From assembly GCA_900088475.1 (NCBI GenBank), contig FLMG01004315.1, positions 6,353 to 70,352 on the forward strand: a stretch of DNA of 64,000 nt, in the 5' to 3' direction. Below are positions 63,909-64,000 of this stretch, one piece after another. The notes below the pieces were generated by a model. That model saw only the letters and a program-made list of their open reading frames with translations, was not told the origin of the DNA and ran no database searches. The stretch is from Hyphochytrium catenoides (taxonomy: Eukaryota > Protista > Hyphochytriomycota). How positions within the stretch are numbered: the first letter of the stretch is position 1; each line of letters starts with the position of its first letter. Position numbers and translations under genes: made by a program.

Positions 63909-64000
63909 TAGTCCAGGACGAGGAGCAAGGATCCATCTGAAGGGTAGTGCCACTATTATGCCCAGGCGAGCTTAGCCTAACAATAACAACTAACCCCGTA

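Noticed and set aside
1-64000. CRISPR arrays, tRNA/rRNA genes, telomeric arrays
   Set aside because: No repeat-spacer arrays, cloverleafs or rRNA tracts seen; TTAGGG occurs only as isolated copies.

Overview
Gene-dense, intron-rich eukaryotic (protist) genomic DNA, about 50% GC by eye. All introns I reconstructed are canonical GT-AG and the standard genetic code fits. The gamma-COP and glucan synthase resemble stramenopile/oomycete-type proteins (inference from recalled sequences, not a search). Gene order: 3' end of an unidentified gene (+), COPG (-), a JmjC ribosomal oxygenase with RIOX2/MINA-like signatures (+), head-to-head RPL13 (-) and RPS16 (+) carrying a candidate C/D snoRNA and a weaker H/ACA candidate in introns, an FHA-RING-zinc-knuckle E3 ligase (-) head-to-head with FANCE (+), HEATR5/Laa1/SWEETIE (-), a 1,3-beta-glucan synthase with an N-terminal MIT-like domain and Cys-rich loop (-), about 6 kb of repeat-rich or decayed DNA, an intronless CD36/LIMP-2-like gene with a Cys-rich insert and a 51-N gap (+), and a frameshifted pogo DD35D transposon with only its right TIR. 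I see no single unambiguous novel system. The best leads are the FHA-RING-CCHC/FANCE pair, the RIOX2-like gene beside RPL13/RPS16, the snoRNA, the glucan synthase/CD36 pair, and the purine/pyrimidine bipartite introns.
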